From the human T2T-CHM13v2.0 reference genome, Homo sapiens: a stretch of DNA of 64,000 nt. Location of the stretch: the NCBI RefSeq assembly GCF_009914755.1, contig NC_060943.1. One strand, 5' to 3'. Position numbers and translations under genes: made by a program. Below the pieces are notes generated by a model. It was not told the DNA's origin. It was given only the letters and a program-made list of their open reading frames with translations, and did not search any database. Within the stretch, counting starts at the first letter, position 1. Each line of letters starts with the position of its first letter. Below are positions 11,449-26,300 of this stretch, in pieces.

Positions 11449-14400
11449 CAGTTTTGAAACAATCTTTTTGTACAATCTGAAAGTGGATAATTCGAGTACT
11501 TAGAAGCCTTCTTTGGAAACGGGAATATCTTCACATAAAAATTAGACAGATGCATTTTCAGAAACTACTTTGTGATGGTAGCATTCAACTCAGAGAGTTG
11601 AAACCTCCTTTTGATAGATCTGTTTTGAAAGGCTCTTTTTGTAGAATCTGCAAGTGGATATTTGGAGCGCTTTGAGGCCTGTGGTAGAAAAGGAAATATC
11701 TTCATAAAAAAAATAGACAGACGTATTCTCAGAAACTACTTCATGATGTGTGCATTCAACACAGAGACTTTAACCTTTCTTTTGATAGAGGAACTTTGAA
11801 ACACTCTTTTTATAGAATCTGCAAAGGGACATTTGGAGCACTTTGACGGATACCGTGGAAAAGGAAATATCTTCACATAAAAACGAGTCAGAAGTGTTCT
11901 CAGAAACTTCTTTGTGTTGTTTGCATTCAACTCACAGAGTTGAAACTTTCTTTTCATTGAGCAGTTTTGAAACACTCTTTTTGTAGAATCCGCAAGTGGA
12001 TATTTGGACTGCTTTGAGGCCTTCATTGTAAATGGGAATATCTTCACATAAAAACTAGACAGAAGCATTCTCAGAAACTTCTTTGTGATGTGGGCATTCA
12101 CCTCAAAGTGTTGAACCTTCTTTTGATACAGCAGTTTTGAAAAACTCTTTTTGTGGTATCTGCAAGTGGATATTTGGAGCGTGTTGAGGCCTTCGTTTGA
12201 AACGAGAATATCTTCACATAAAAACCAGACAGAAGCATTATCAGAAACTTCTTTGTGATGTGTCCATTCAACTCTCAGAGTTGAACCTTCCTTTTGATAG
12301 AGCAGTTTTGAAATACTTTTTTTGAAGGACATGCAAGTGTATATTTGGAGTGTTTTGAAGCCTTCATTGGAAACAGGAATATCTTCACATAAAAACTAGA
12401 TGGAAGCATTCTCCAAAACTTCTTTGTGATGTGTGCATTGGTAGAGCAGATTTGAAACACTCTTTTTGGAGAATCTGCAAGAGGATATTTGGAGCCCTTT
12501 AAAGCCTATGGTAGAAAAGGAAATTTCTTTATACAAAAACTGGAAAGAAGAATTCTCAGAAATTAGTTTTTGATGTGTACATTCAACTCACAAATTTTAA
12601 GCTTTCTTTTGATACAGCAGTTTTGAAACACTCTTTTTATAGAATCTGCAAGTGGATATTTGGACTACTTTGAGACCTTCGTCGGAAACGGGAATATCTT
12701 TACATAAAAACTAGACAGAGGCATTCTCAGAAAATACTTTGTGAAGTGTGTATTCAACTCACAGAGTTGAACTTTCCTTATGATAGTGCAGTTTTGAAAC
12801 ACACTTTTTGTAGAATCTGCAGTTGGATATTTGGACTGCTTTGAAGCCTTCTTTGGAAATGGGAATATCTTCACATAAAAACTAGGCAGAAGCATTCTCA
12901 GAAACTTCATTGAGATGTGTGCATTCAACTCACAGAGTTCAACCCCACTTTGGATAGAGCAGTTTTGAAACACTCTTTTTGTAGAATCTGCAAGTGGATA
13001 TTTGGAATCTTCAGAAGCCTATGGTGGAAAAGGAAATGTCTTCATATAAAAACTAGAAAGAAACATTCTCAGAAACTACTTAGTGATGTGTGCTTACAAC
13101 TCACAGAATTTAACCTTTCTTTTGAAAGAGCAGTTTTGAAACACTCTTCTTGCAGAATGTGCTAGTGGATAATTGGAGTGCTTTGAAGGCTTTGTTGGAA
13201 ACGGGAATATCGTCACAAGAAAAATAGACAGAAGCATTCTCAAAAACTGCATTGTGATGTGGGCATTCATCTCACAGAGTTAAACTTATCTTTTTACAGA
13301 ACAGTTTTGAAACACTCTTTTTGTAGTATCTGCCATTGGATATTTGGGACGCTTTGAAGCCTTTCTTGGAAACGGGAATATATTCACAAAAAACTAGACA
13401 GAAGCATTCTCAGAAACTTCCTTGTGATGTGTGTATTCAACTCACAGAGTTGAACGTTCTTTTTGAAAGATCAGTTTTGAAACACTCCTTTTGTAGTATC
13501 TGCAAGTGGATTATTGGAGTACTTTGAAGTCTTCATTGGAAACGGGTATATCTTCACATAAAAACTAGAAGATGCATTCTCACAAACTTCATTGTGATGT
13601 GTCCATTCAAGTCACAGAGCTGCACCTTCCTTTTCATAGAGCAGTTTTGAAAGAGTCTTTTTGTAGTATCTGCAAGTGGATACTTGTAGTGGTTTCAAGC
13701 CTTCAATGGAAACGGGAATATCTCCAAATAAAAAAAAGACAGAAGCATTCTCAGGAACTTCCTTGTGATGTGTGCATTCAACTCACAGAGTTGAACCTGC
13801 CTTTTATTAGAGCAGTTTTGAAACACTCTTTTTGTAGAATCTGCAAGTTGATCATTGGGGTACTTTGAAGTCTTCGTTGGACACGTGTATATCCTCACAT
13901 GAAAACTAGACAGAAGTATTCTCAGAAACTTCTTTTAGATATGTGCATTTACCTCATAGAGTTGAACCTTCCTTTTGATAGAGCAGTTTTGAAACGCTCT
14001 TTTTGTAGTATCTGCAAGTGGATATTTGGAGTGCTTTAAGCCTTCATCGGAAACGGGAATATATTCACATAAAAACTAGAGAGAAGCATTCTCAAAAACT
14101 TCCTTGTGATGTGTGCATTCAACTCACAGAGTTGAATCTTCCTTTTGATAGAGCCGTTTTGAAACACTCTTTTTGTAAAATCTGCATGTGGATAATTGGA
14201 GTGCTTTGAAGTCTTCGATGAAAACGGGTATATCTTCACATAAAAACTAGAAAGATGCATTCTCAGAAACTTCTTTGTGATGTGTCCATTCAACTCACAG
14301 AGCTGAACCTTCCTTTAGATAGAGCAATTTTGAAAGAGTCTTTTTGTAGTATCTGCAAGTGGGTATTTTTAGTGGTTTGAAGCCTTTGTTGGAAAAGTGA

Positions 14401-15014
14401 ATAGCTCAAAATAAAAACTAGACAGAAGCATTCTCAGTAACTTCCTTCTGATGTGTGCATTCAACTCACAGAGTTGAACCTTCCTTTTGATAGAGCAGTT
14501 CTGAAACACTCTTTTTGTAGCATCTGCACGTGGATAATTGGAGTAATTTGCAGTCTTCGTTGGAAACGGGAATATATTCACATAAAAACTAGACAGATGC
14601 CTTCTCAGAAACTTCTTTGTGATGTGTCCATTCAACTCACAGAGCTGAACCTTCCTTTTGATAGAGCAGTTTTGAAAGAGTATTTTTGTAGTGTCTGCAA
14701 GTGGATATTTGGAGTGCTTTAAGCCTTCATTGGAAACGGGAATATATTCACATAAAAACTAGACAGAAGCATTCTCAGAAACTTCCTTGTGATGTGTTCA
14801 TTCAATGCACAGAGTTGAATCTTCCTTTTGATAGAGCAGTTTTGAAACACTCTTTTTGTAGAATCTGCAAGTGCATCATTGGTGTACTTTGAAGTCTTCG
14901 ATGAAAACGGGTATATCTTCACATAAAAACTAGACAGATGCATTCTCAGAAACTTCTTTGTGATGTGTCCATTCAACTCACAGAGCTGATCCTTCCTTTT
15001 GATAGAGCAGTTTT

Positions 15015-16759
<1,745 letters not shown>

Positions 16760-16769
16760 TCCGGTAAAC

Positions 16770-17237
16770 TAAATGTTCACAGTGACAATTATAATAGTCT
16801 AAAAGTGGAAAGAAACCAAATGTTCATCTATTGATAAATGGTTAAACAAAATGTGGTATATACATATGGAATGTCATTTTCCACAAAAAGGAAGTGCTAT
16901 TGCATGCTATAACATGGATGAACGTTGTAAACATTATGCTAAATAAAAGAAACCAAATACAAAAGGCCACATATTGTATGATTCAAGTTATATGAAATGT
17001 CCAGAATAGGCAAAATCATAGAAACAGATAGCAAATTTGAGGTGCCAAGGGTTAGAGGATTGGGGAATTGGAGGTGACTGCTGTCAGTTATGAGATTTCT
17101 TTTTGTGGTGATGGAAATGTTCCAGAATTAGGTCATGATGATTAACATAACACTGTGACTATACTAAAAAAACATTAACCTGTAAACTTGAAAATGGTGA
17201 CTTGTATGTTATGTGAATAATACCTAAATAATTAAAA
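16770..17237 (+). mobile_element. Ancient L1M (L1MB-like) 3' end inside the transduced segment
   Basis: Motifs recalled from L1MB 3' ends: AACATGGATGAAC...AACATTATGCTAA, AAAAGGCCACATATTGTATGATTC, ATGTCCAGAATAGGCAAA, GGTGATGGAAATGTTC, AAAATGGTGA...TATGTGAAT. Heavily diverged. Confidence 0.8.
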
Positions 17238-17269
17238 GAAGTAAGGATAATAAAATCATCTTAATCAGC

Positions 17270-17380
17270 CAGCTATGCTAGAGCAAGTAAAGCTAAATAT
17301 CTTTTTAGGATCTAGAGAAAATAAAATTATAAAATTATCATACATAAAGACAATTAATGAGTATGCAGCAAAAAACTATT
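17270..17380 (+). mobile_element. Possible hAT DNA-transposon remnant inside the transduced segment
   Basis: The translation MLEQVKLNIFLGSRENKIIKLSYIKTINEYAAK resembles a decayed hAT C-terminal dimerisation motif (M..ERLNYLSILSIEN..I...Y...I.EYA). Recognised from memory only. Confidence 0.4.
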
Positions 17381-20300
17381 ACAAAGATGGGTCATGCAAT
17401 TCTATAATTTGTAAATGTTATTTTTATCAACTGAGTGGTATATTTCAAAAATTTAAAGCATTTTTAAGTTTATAATTCATTGTGTTTGTTTTTTCACTCC
17501 AAATAAATACCTACTGTCATGACTAAAAAAAAAAAAGAAAGAGTCTTTTTGTAGTATCTGTAAGTGGATATTTGTAGTGGTTTGAAGCCTTCGTTGGAAA
17601 AGGGAATATCTCCAAATGAAAACTAGACAGAAGCATTCTCAGAAACTTCCTTGTGATGTGTGCATTCAACTCACAGAGTTGAACCTTCCTTTTGATAGAG
17701 CAGTTCTGAAACACTCTTTTTGTAGCATCTGCACGTGGACAATTGGAGTAATTTGTAGTCTTCGTTGGAAACGGGAATATCTTCACATAAAAACTAGACA
17801 GATGCCTTCTCAGAAACTTCTTTGTGGTGTGTCCATTCAACTCACAGAGCTGAACCTTCCTTTTGATAGAGCAGTTTTGAAAGAGTCTTTTTGTAGTGTC
17901 TGCAAGTGGATATTTGTATTGGTTTGAAGCCTTGGTTGGAAAAGGGAATATCTCCAAATAAAAACTAGACAGAAGCATTCTCAGAAACTTCCTTGTGATG
18001 TGTGCATTCAACTCACAGAATTGAACCTTCCATTTGATAGAGCAGTTCTGAAACTCTCTTTTTGTAGCATCTGCACGTGGATAACTGGAGTACTTTGATG
18101 TCTTCATTGGAAATGGGTATATCTTCACATAAAAAATAGAAGCATTCTCAAAAACTACTTTGTGATGTGTGCATTCAACTCACAGATTTGAACCTTCCTT
18201 TTGATAGAACAGTTTTGAAACACTCTTTTTGTAGATTCTGCAATTGGATATTGGGAGTGCTCTGAAGTCTTCGTTGGAAACGGGAATTTCTCCACATAAA
18301 AACTAGACAAAAGCATTCTCAGAATCTTCTTTGAGTTGTTTGCATTCAACTCACAGAGTTGAAACTTTCTTTTGATGGAGCAGTTTTGAAACACTCTTTT
18401 TGTAGAATATGCAAGTGGATATTTTGTCTGCTCTGAGGAATTCGTTGGAAACGGGAATATCTTCAAACAAAAACTAGACAGAAGCATTCTCAGAAACTGC
18501 TTTGTGATGTGTGTGTTGAACTCACAGCGTTTAAACTTCCTTTTCATAGAGAAGTTTTGAAACACTCTTTTGTAGAATATGAAAGTGGATATTTGGAGTG
18601 CTTTGAAGCCTTCATTGGAAAGGGGAATATCTTCACATAAAAACTAGACAGAAGGATTCTCAGAAACTTCCTTGTGCTGTGTGCATTCCACTTACAGATT
18701 TGATCCCTCCTTTTGAAAGAACAGTTTTGAAACATTCTTTTTGTAGAATCTGCAGTTGGATATTTGGAACCCTTTGAGGCCTACGGTAGAAAGGGCAATA
18801 TCTTCATATAAAAACTAGAAAAAAAACATTCTCAGAAACTACTTTGTGATGTGTGCATTCAAGTCACAGAGTTTAACCTTTCTTTTGATAGAGCAGTTTT
18901 GAAAAACTCTTTTTGTAGAATCTGTAAGTGGACATTTGGAGCACTTTGAGGGTTACTGTGGAAAAGGAAATACCTTCACATAAAAACTAGACAGAAGCAT
19001 TCTCAGAAACTTCTTTGTGATGTTTGCATTCAACTCACAGTGTTGAACCTTTCTTTTCATAGAGCTGTTGTGAAACACACTTTTTGTATAATCTGCAAGT
19101 GGATATTTGGACTGCTTTGAGTCCTTCATTGGGAACGGAAATATCTTCACATAAAAACTAGACTGAAGAATTCTGAGGAAATTCTTTGTGATGTGTACAT
19201 TCACCTCACATAGTTGAAACTTTCTTTTGATAAAACAGTTTTGAAACTGTTTTTGCAGAATCTGCAATTGGATATTTGGAGTGCTTTGAGGCCTATGTTA
19301 GAAAAGGAAATACCTTCATATAAAAACTAGACAGAAGCATTCTCAGAAACTACTTTGTGATGTGTGCTTACAACTCGCAGAATTTAACCTTTCTTTTGAT
19401 ATGCAGTTTTGAAACACTCTTTTTGAAGAATCTGCAAGGGGATAATTTGAGTGCTTTGAAGCCTTCCTTGCAAACGGGATTATCTTCACATAAAAATTAG
19501 ACAGAAGTATTCTCAAAAACTACATTGTGATGTGGGCATTCATCTCACAGAGTTTAACCATTCTTTTGATAGGGAAGTTTTGAAACACTGTTTTTGTAGA
19601 ATTTGCAAGTTGATAGTTGGACCACTGTGAGGCCTTCATTGGAAAGGGGAATATCTTCACATAAAAACTACACAGAAGCATTCTCAGAAACTTCTTTGTG
19701 GTATGTGCATTCAACACACAGAGCTGAGTCCTCCTTTTCATAGAGCAGTTTTGAAACACTCTTTTTATAGTATCCGCAAGTGGATATTTCAGTGCTTGGA
19801 AGCCTTCTTTGGAAACTGGAATATAATAACATAAAAAGTAGACAGAAGCATTGCCAGAAACTTCCTTGTGATGTGTGCATTCAACTCACAGATTTTAACT
19901 TTCTTTTGATAGAGCAGTTTTGAAACACTTTTTTTGTAGAATCTGCAAGTGGATATTCTGACTGCTTGTAGGCATTCCCTAGAAACAGGTATATCTTCAC
20001 AAAAAAACTAGACAGAAGCATTCTCAGAAACTTCTTTGTGATGTTTGCATTCACCTCACAGATTTGAACCTTTCTTTTCATAGAGCAGTTTTGAAACACT
20101 CTTTTGGTAGTATCTGCATGTGGATATTTGGACTTCATTGAGGCCTTTGTTAGAAACGGGATTATCTTCACATAAAAACTAGACAGAAGCATTCTCAGAA
20201 ACTTCTTTTTGATGTGTGCATTCAACTCACTGAGTTGAAACTTTCTTTTGTTAGAGCAGTTTTGAAACACTCTTTTTGTAGAATCTGCCATTGGATATTT

Positions 20301-23300
20301 GGAGCACTTTGAGGCCTATCATAGAAAAGGAAATAGCTTCATGTAAAAACAAGACAGAAGCATTCTCAGAAACTACTTCATGATGTGTGCTTACAACTCA
20401 CAGAATTTAAACTTTCCTTTGATAGAGCAGTTATGAAAAACTCTTTTTGTAGAATCTGCAAGTGGGTAATTGGAGTGCTTTGAAGCCTTCAGTGGGAACG
20501 GGAATATCTTCACATAAAAAAAAGACAGAAGCATTCTCAGAAACTACTTTGTCATGTGATTTTGAACTCACAGAGTTGAACCTTCCTTTTGATAGAGATG
20601 TTTTGAAACACTCTTTTTGAAAAATCTGCAAGTGGATAATTGGAGTGCTTTGAAGCCTTCGTTGGAAATGGGAATATCTTCACATAAAAACCAGACAGAA
20701 GCATTCTTAGAAACTCTTTGGGATGTGTGTAGTCAACTCACAGAGTTTAACTTATCTTTTGATAGAGCAGTTTTGACACATGCTTTTTGTAAAATCTACA
20801 AGTGGACATTTGGAGCACTTTGAGCACTATGGTGGAAAAGGAAATATCTTAACATAAAATAGACAGAAGCATTCTCAGAAACTTCTTTGTGATATGTGCA
20901 TTCAACACTCAGAGTTGAACCTTTCTTTCAATAGAGTACTTCTGACACACTCTTTTTGTTGAATCTGCAAGTGGACATTTGGGGCACTTTGAGGGCTATG
21001 TTGAAGAAAGAAATATCTTCACATAAAAACTAGACAGAAGCATTCTCAGAAACTTCTTTCGGTCGTTTGCATTCAACTCAGAGATTTGAACCTTTCTTTT
21101 GATAGAGCAGTTTTGAAACACTCTTTTAGTAGAATCAGCACATGGATAGTTTGAGTGCTTAGAATACTTCGTTGGAAAAGGGAACAGCTTCACATAAAAA
21201 CTAGACAGAAGGATTCTCAGAGGCTACTTTGTGATGGGTGTGTTCAACTCAGAGAGTTGAACATTCCTTTTTGTGCAGCAGATTTTAAACACTCTTTTTG
21301 TAGAATCTGCAATAGGATATTTTCAGCCTGTTGAGGCCTCTGGTAGGAAAGGAAATTACTTTATATAAAAACTAGAAGAAAGAAATCTCAGAAGCTAGTT
21401 TTTGATGTGTGCATTCAACTCACAGATTTTAACCTTTCTTTTGATAGAGCAGTTTTGAAACACTCTTTTTGTAGAATCTGCAAGTGGATATTTTTACAGC
21501 TTTGAGGAATTCGTTAGAAACGGGAATATCTTCACATAAAAACTAGACAAAAGCATTCTCACAAACTTCTTTGTGATGTTTACATTCAGCTCACAGTGTT
21601 GAACTTTTCTTTTCATAGAGCAGTTTTGAAGCACTCTTTTTGTAGTATCTGCAAGTGGATATTTGGACTTTTTTGAGGCCTTCATTGGAAACGGGAATAT
21701 CTACACATAAAAACTAGACAGAAGCATTCTCAGAAACTTCTTTGAGATGTGTGCATTCAACTCACAGAATTGCACCTTTCTTTTGATAGGGCAGTTTTGA
21801 AACACTCTTTTTGTAGAATTTGAAATTGGATATTTGGAGCGCTTTGAGGCCTAAGTTAGAGAAGGAAATATCTTCATATAAAAACTAGACCGAAGCATTC
21901 TCAGAAACAACTTTGTGATGTGTGCTTACAATTCACAATATAAAACGTTTTTTTTTTTTTTTTGATATAGCATTTTTGAAACACTCTTTTTGTAGAATCT
22001 GCAACTGGATAATTGGAGTTCTTTGAAGCCTTCTTTGGAAACGAGAAGATCTTCACATAAAAACTAGACAGAAGCATTCTCAAAAACTACATTGTGGTGT
22101 GCGCATTCAACTCACGGAGTTTAACCTATCTTTTGACAGAGCAGTTTTGAAACACTCTTTTGTAGAATCTGCAAGTCGACATTTGGAGCACTTTGAGGGC
22201 TATGGTGGAAAAGTAAATATCTTCACATAAAAACTAGACAGAAGCATTCTCAGAAACTTCTTTGTGATGTTTGTATTGAACCCAGAGAGTTGAAAATTTC
22301 TTTTCACAGAGCATTTTTGAAGTACTCTTTTTGTAGAATATGCAAGGGGATATTTGGGCTGATTAGGGGCCTTCATTGGAAACGGGAATATCTTCACATA
22401 AAAACTAGACAGAAGCATTCTCAGAAACTTCTTTGTGATGTGTGCATTCAACACACAGAGTTTAACCATTCTTTTTATAGAGCAGTTTGAACCACTCTTT
22501 TTGTAGAATCTGCAGTGGACATTTGAAGCACTTTGAGGGCTATGGTGGAAAAAGTAATATCTTCACAAAAAAACTAGACAGGAGCATTCTCAGAAACTTC
22601 TTTGTGATGTTTGCATTCAACTCACAGAGTTGAACCTTTCTTTTGATAGAGTAGTTTTGTAACTCTCGTTTTGTAGAATCTGCAAGTGGATATTTGGACT
22701 TCTTTGAGAGCTTCGTAGGAAATGGGAATATACAAACAGAGAGAAGCATTCTCAAAAACTACTTTGTGATGTGTGCATTCAACTCACCGAATTTAACCTG
22801 TCATTTGACAGAGCAGATTTGAAACACTCTTTTTGTAGAATCTGCAAGTGGACATTTGGGGCACTTTGAGGGCTATGGTGGAGATGGAAATATCTTCACA
22901 TAAAAACTAGACAGAAGTATTCTCAGAAACTGCTTTGAGATGTTTGCATTCAACTCAGAGAGTCGAACATTTCTTTTGATAGAGCAGCTTTGAAACATTT
23001 TTTTTTTAGAATCTGCAAGTGGATATTTGGACAGCTTTGAAGCCTTGGTTGGAAACGGTAATATCTTCCCATAAAAACTAGATAGAAGCATTCTCAGAAA
23101 CTTTTTTGCAATACGTTCATTCAACTCAAAGAGTTGAACCTTCCTTTTGATAGAGCAGTTTTGAAACATTCTTTTTGTAGAATCTGCAAGTGGATAATTG
23201 GAGTACATTGAAGTCTTCATTGGAAACGGATTTATCTTCACATAAAAACTACACAGATGCATTCTCAGAAACTTCTCTGGCACGCGTACATTCAACTCAC

Positions 23301-26300
23301 AGCGTTGAACCTTTCTTTTTATAGAGCAGTTTTGAAACACTCTTTTTGTAAAATCTGCAAGTAGTTATTTGGAGTGGTTTGAAGCCTTCCTTGGAAATGG
23401 GAATATCTCCACATAAAAACCAGACAGAAGCATTCTCAGAAACATCTTTGTGATGTGTGCATTCAACTCACAGAGTTGAACCTTCCTTTTGATAGAGCAG
23501 TTTTGAAACACTCTTTTTGTAGAATCTGCAAGTGGATATTTAGAAACATTTGACGCCTTCATTGGAAAAGGGAATATCTTCACATAAAAACTAGACAGAA
23601 GGATTCTCAGAAACTACTTTATGTGTGCATTCAACTCACAGATTTGAACCCTCCTTTTGGTAGAGTAGATTTGAAACACTGTTTTTGTAGAATCTCCAAG
23701 TGGGTATTTGTAGCCCTCTGAGGCCTCTGGTAGAAAAGGCAATTTCTTTATATGAAAATTAGAACAAAGCATTCTCAGAAACTAGTTTGTGATGTGTGCT
23801 TTTAACTCACAGAGTTTAACTTTTCTTTTGATAGAACAGTTTTGAAACACTCTTTCTGTAGAATCTGCAAGTGGATATTTTGACTGCTTTGAGGAATTCA
23901 TTGGAAACGAGAAAAACTTCATATAAAAACTAGACAGAAGCATTCTCAGAAACTTCTTTGTGATATTTGCATTCAACTCACAGAGTAAAACCTTTCTTTT
24001 CATAGAGCAGTTTTGAAATATTCTTTTTGTAGAATCTGCAATTGGATACTTGGAGAGGTTTGAGGCCTATGGTAGAAAAGGAAATATCTTCATATAAAAA
24101 CTAGACAGAAGCATTCTCAGAAACTACTTCGTAATGTGTGCTTACAACTCACAGAATTTAACCTTTCTTTTGATAGAGGAGTTTTGAAACACTGTTTTGG
24201 TAGAATCTGCAAGTGGATAATTAGAGTGCTTTGAAGCTTTGTTGGAAGAGGGAATATCTTCACATAAAAACTAGACAGAAGCATTCTCAAAAACTACTTT
24301 CTGGTGTATGCATTCAACTCACAGAGTTTAACCTATCTTTTGACAGAACAGTTTTCAAACACTGTTTTTGTAGAATCCGCAAGTGGACATTTTGAGCACT
24401 TTTTGGGCTATGGTGGAAAAGGAATATCTTCACATAAAATCAGACTGAAGCATTCTCAAAAACTTCTCTGCGATGTTTGCATTCAACACAGAGAGTTGAA
24501 TATTTCTTTTGATAGAGCAATTTTGAAACACTTTTTTTGGAGAATCTGCAAGTCGATATTTGTTCTGCTTTGAGGCCTTCATTGGAAACGGGAATATCTT
24601 CACATAAAAACTAGACAGAAGCATTCTCAAAAACTACATTGTCCTGTGTGCATTCAACTCGCAGAGATTAACATATCTTTTGACAGAGCAGTTTTGAAAC
24701 ACTCTTTTTGTAGAAACTGTAAGTGGACAATTTGATCACTTTGAGAGCTATGGTGGAAAAAATAATATCTTCACAAAAAAACTAGACAGAAGCATTCTCA
24801 GAAACTTCTTTGTGATGTTTGCTTTCAACTCACTGAGTTGAAACTTTCTTTTCATAGAACAGTTTTGAAACACTCTTTTTGTGGAATCTGAAAGTGGATA
24901 TTTGGACCGCTTTGAGGCCTTCGTAGGAAACGGGAATATCTTCACATAAAAACTAGACAGAAGCATTCTCAGAAACTTCTTTGTGATGTGTGCATTCAAC
25001 TCACAGAGTTGAACTTACCTTATGATAGAGCGGTTTTGAAACCCTCTTTTTGTAGAATCTGCAAGTGGATATTTGGACTCCTTTGAGGCCTTCATAGGAA
25101 ACGGAAAAATCTTCACATAAAAACTAGACAGAAGCATTCTCAGAAACGTCTTTGTGATGTGTGCATTCAACTCCCAGAGTTGAACCTTCCTTTTGATAGA
25201 ATCTGAAAGTGGATATTTGGAGTGCTTTGAAGCCTTCGTTGAAAACGGGAATATCTTAACATAAAAACCAGACAGAAGCATTCTCAGAAACTTCTTTGGG
25301 ATGTGTGCATTCAACTCACAGAGTTGAACATTTCTTCTGATAGAGCTGTTTTGAAACACTCTTTTTGTAGAATTTGTGAGTGGATATTTGGAGTGCTTTG
25401 AAGCCTTTGTTGGAAACGGGAATAACTCCACATAAAAACTAGACAGAAGCATTCTCAGAAACTTCTTTGAGATGTGTGACTTCAACTCACAGAGTTTCAC
25501 CTTTCTCTTGATAGAGCAGTTTTGAAACCCTTTTTTTGTACAATCTGCAAGTGGAAAATTGGAGTGCTTTGAAGCTTTCGTTGGAAAGGTGTATATCTTC
25601 ACATAAAAACTAGACAGAAATATTCTCAGAAACTTCTTTGTGATGCGTGCATTCAACTCACAGAGTTAAACCTTTTTTTGATAGAGCAGTTTTGAAACAA
25701 ACTTTTTGTAGAATCTGCAAGTGGACATTTGGAGCACTTTGAGGGCTCTGGTGGAAAAAGAAATATCTTCACATAAAAACTAGACAGATCCATTTTCAGA
25801 AACTTCTTTGTGATGTCTGCATTCAACTCACAGAGTTGAACCTTTCTTTTGATAGAGCAATTTTTAAACACTCTTTTTGTAGGATCTGCAAGTGGACATT
25901 TGGAGCACTTTTTGGGCTATGTTGGAAAAGGTAATATTTTCACATAAAAACTAGAGAGAAGCATTCTCAGAAACTTCTTTGTGATGTTGCATTCAACTCA
26001 GAGAGTTGAACATTTGTTTTGATATAGCAGTTTTGAAACTCTCTTTTTGTAGAACCTGCAAGTGGACATTTGGACCGCGTTGAGGCCTTCGTTGGAAACG
26101 GGAATATCTTCACATAAAAATTAAACAGAAGCATTCTCAGAAGCTACTTTGTGATGTGTGCATTCAACTCACCAAGTTGAACATTCCTTTTGTTAGAGCA
26201 GATTTGAAACACTCTTTTTGTAGAATATGCATGTGGATATTTGGAGTGCTTTGAAGCCTTCTTTGGAAACGGGAATATCCTCACTTAAGAACTAGACAGA

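Larger units (their letters stand above)
16760..17536 (+). other. L1 3' transduction (~765 bp of non-satellite flank plus a second poly-A)
   Basis: Non-alpha sequence follows the L1 tail; AATAAA at 17502-17507; A12 at 17525-17536; the alpha monomer then resumes in exact register (GAGCAGTTTT | GAAAGAGTC). Confidence 0.9.

Noticed and set aside
17275-17475. 66-aa ORF in the non-satellite segment as a captured gene
   Set aside because: Short and AT-rich with no splice or promoter evidence; at most a decayed transposase fragment.
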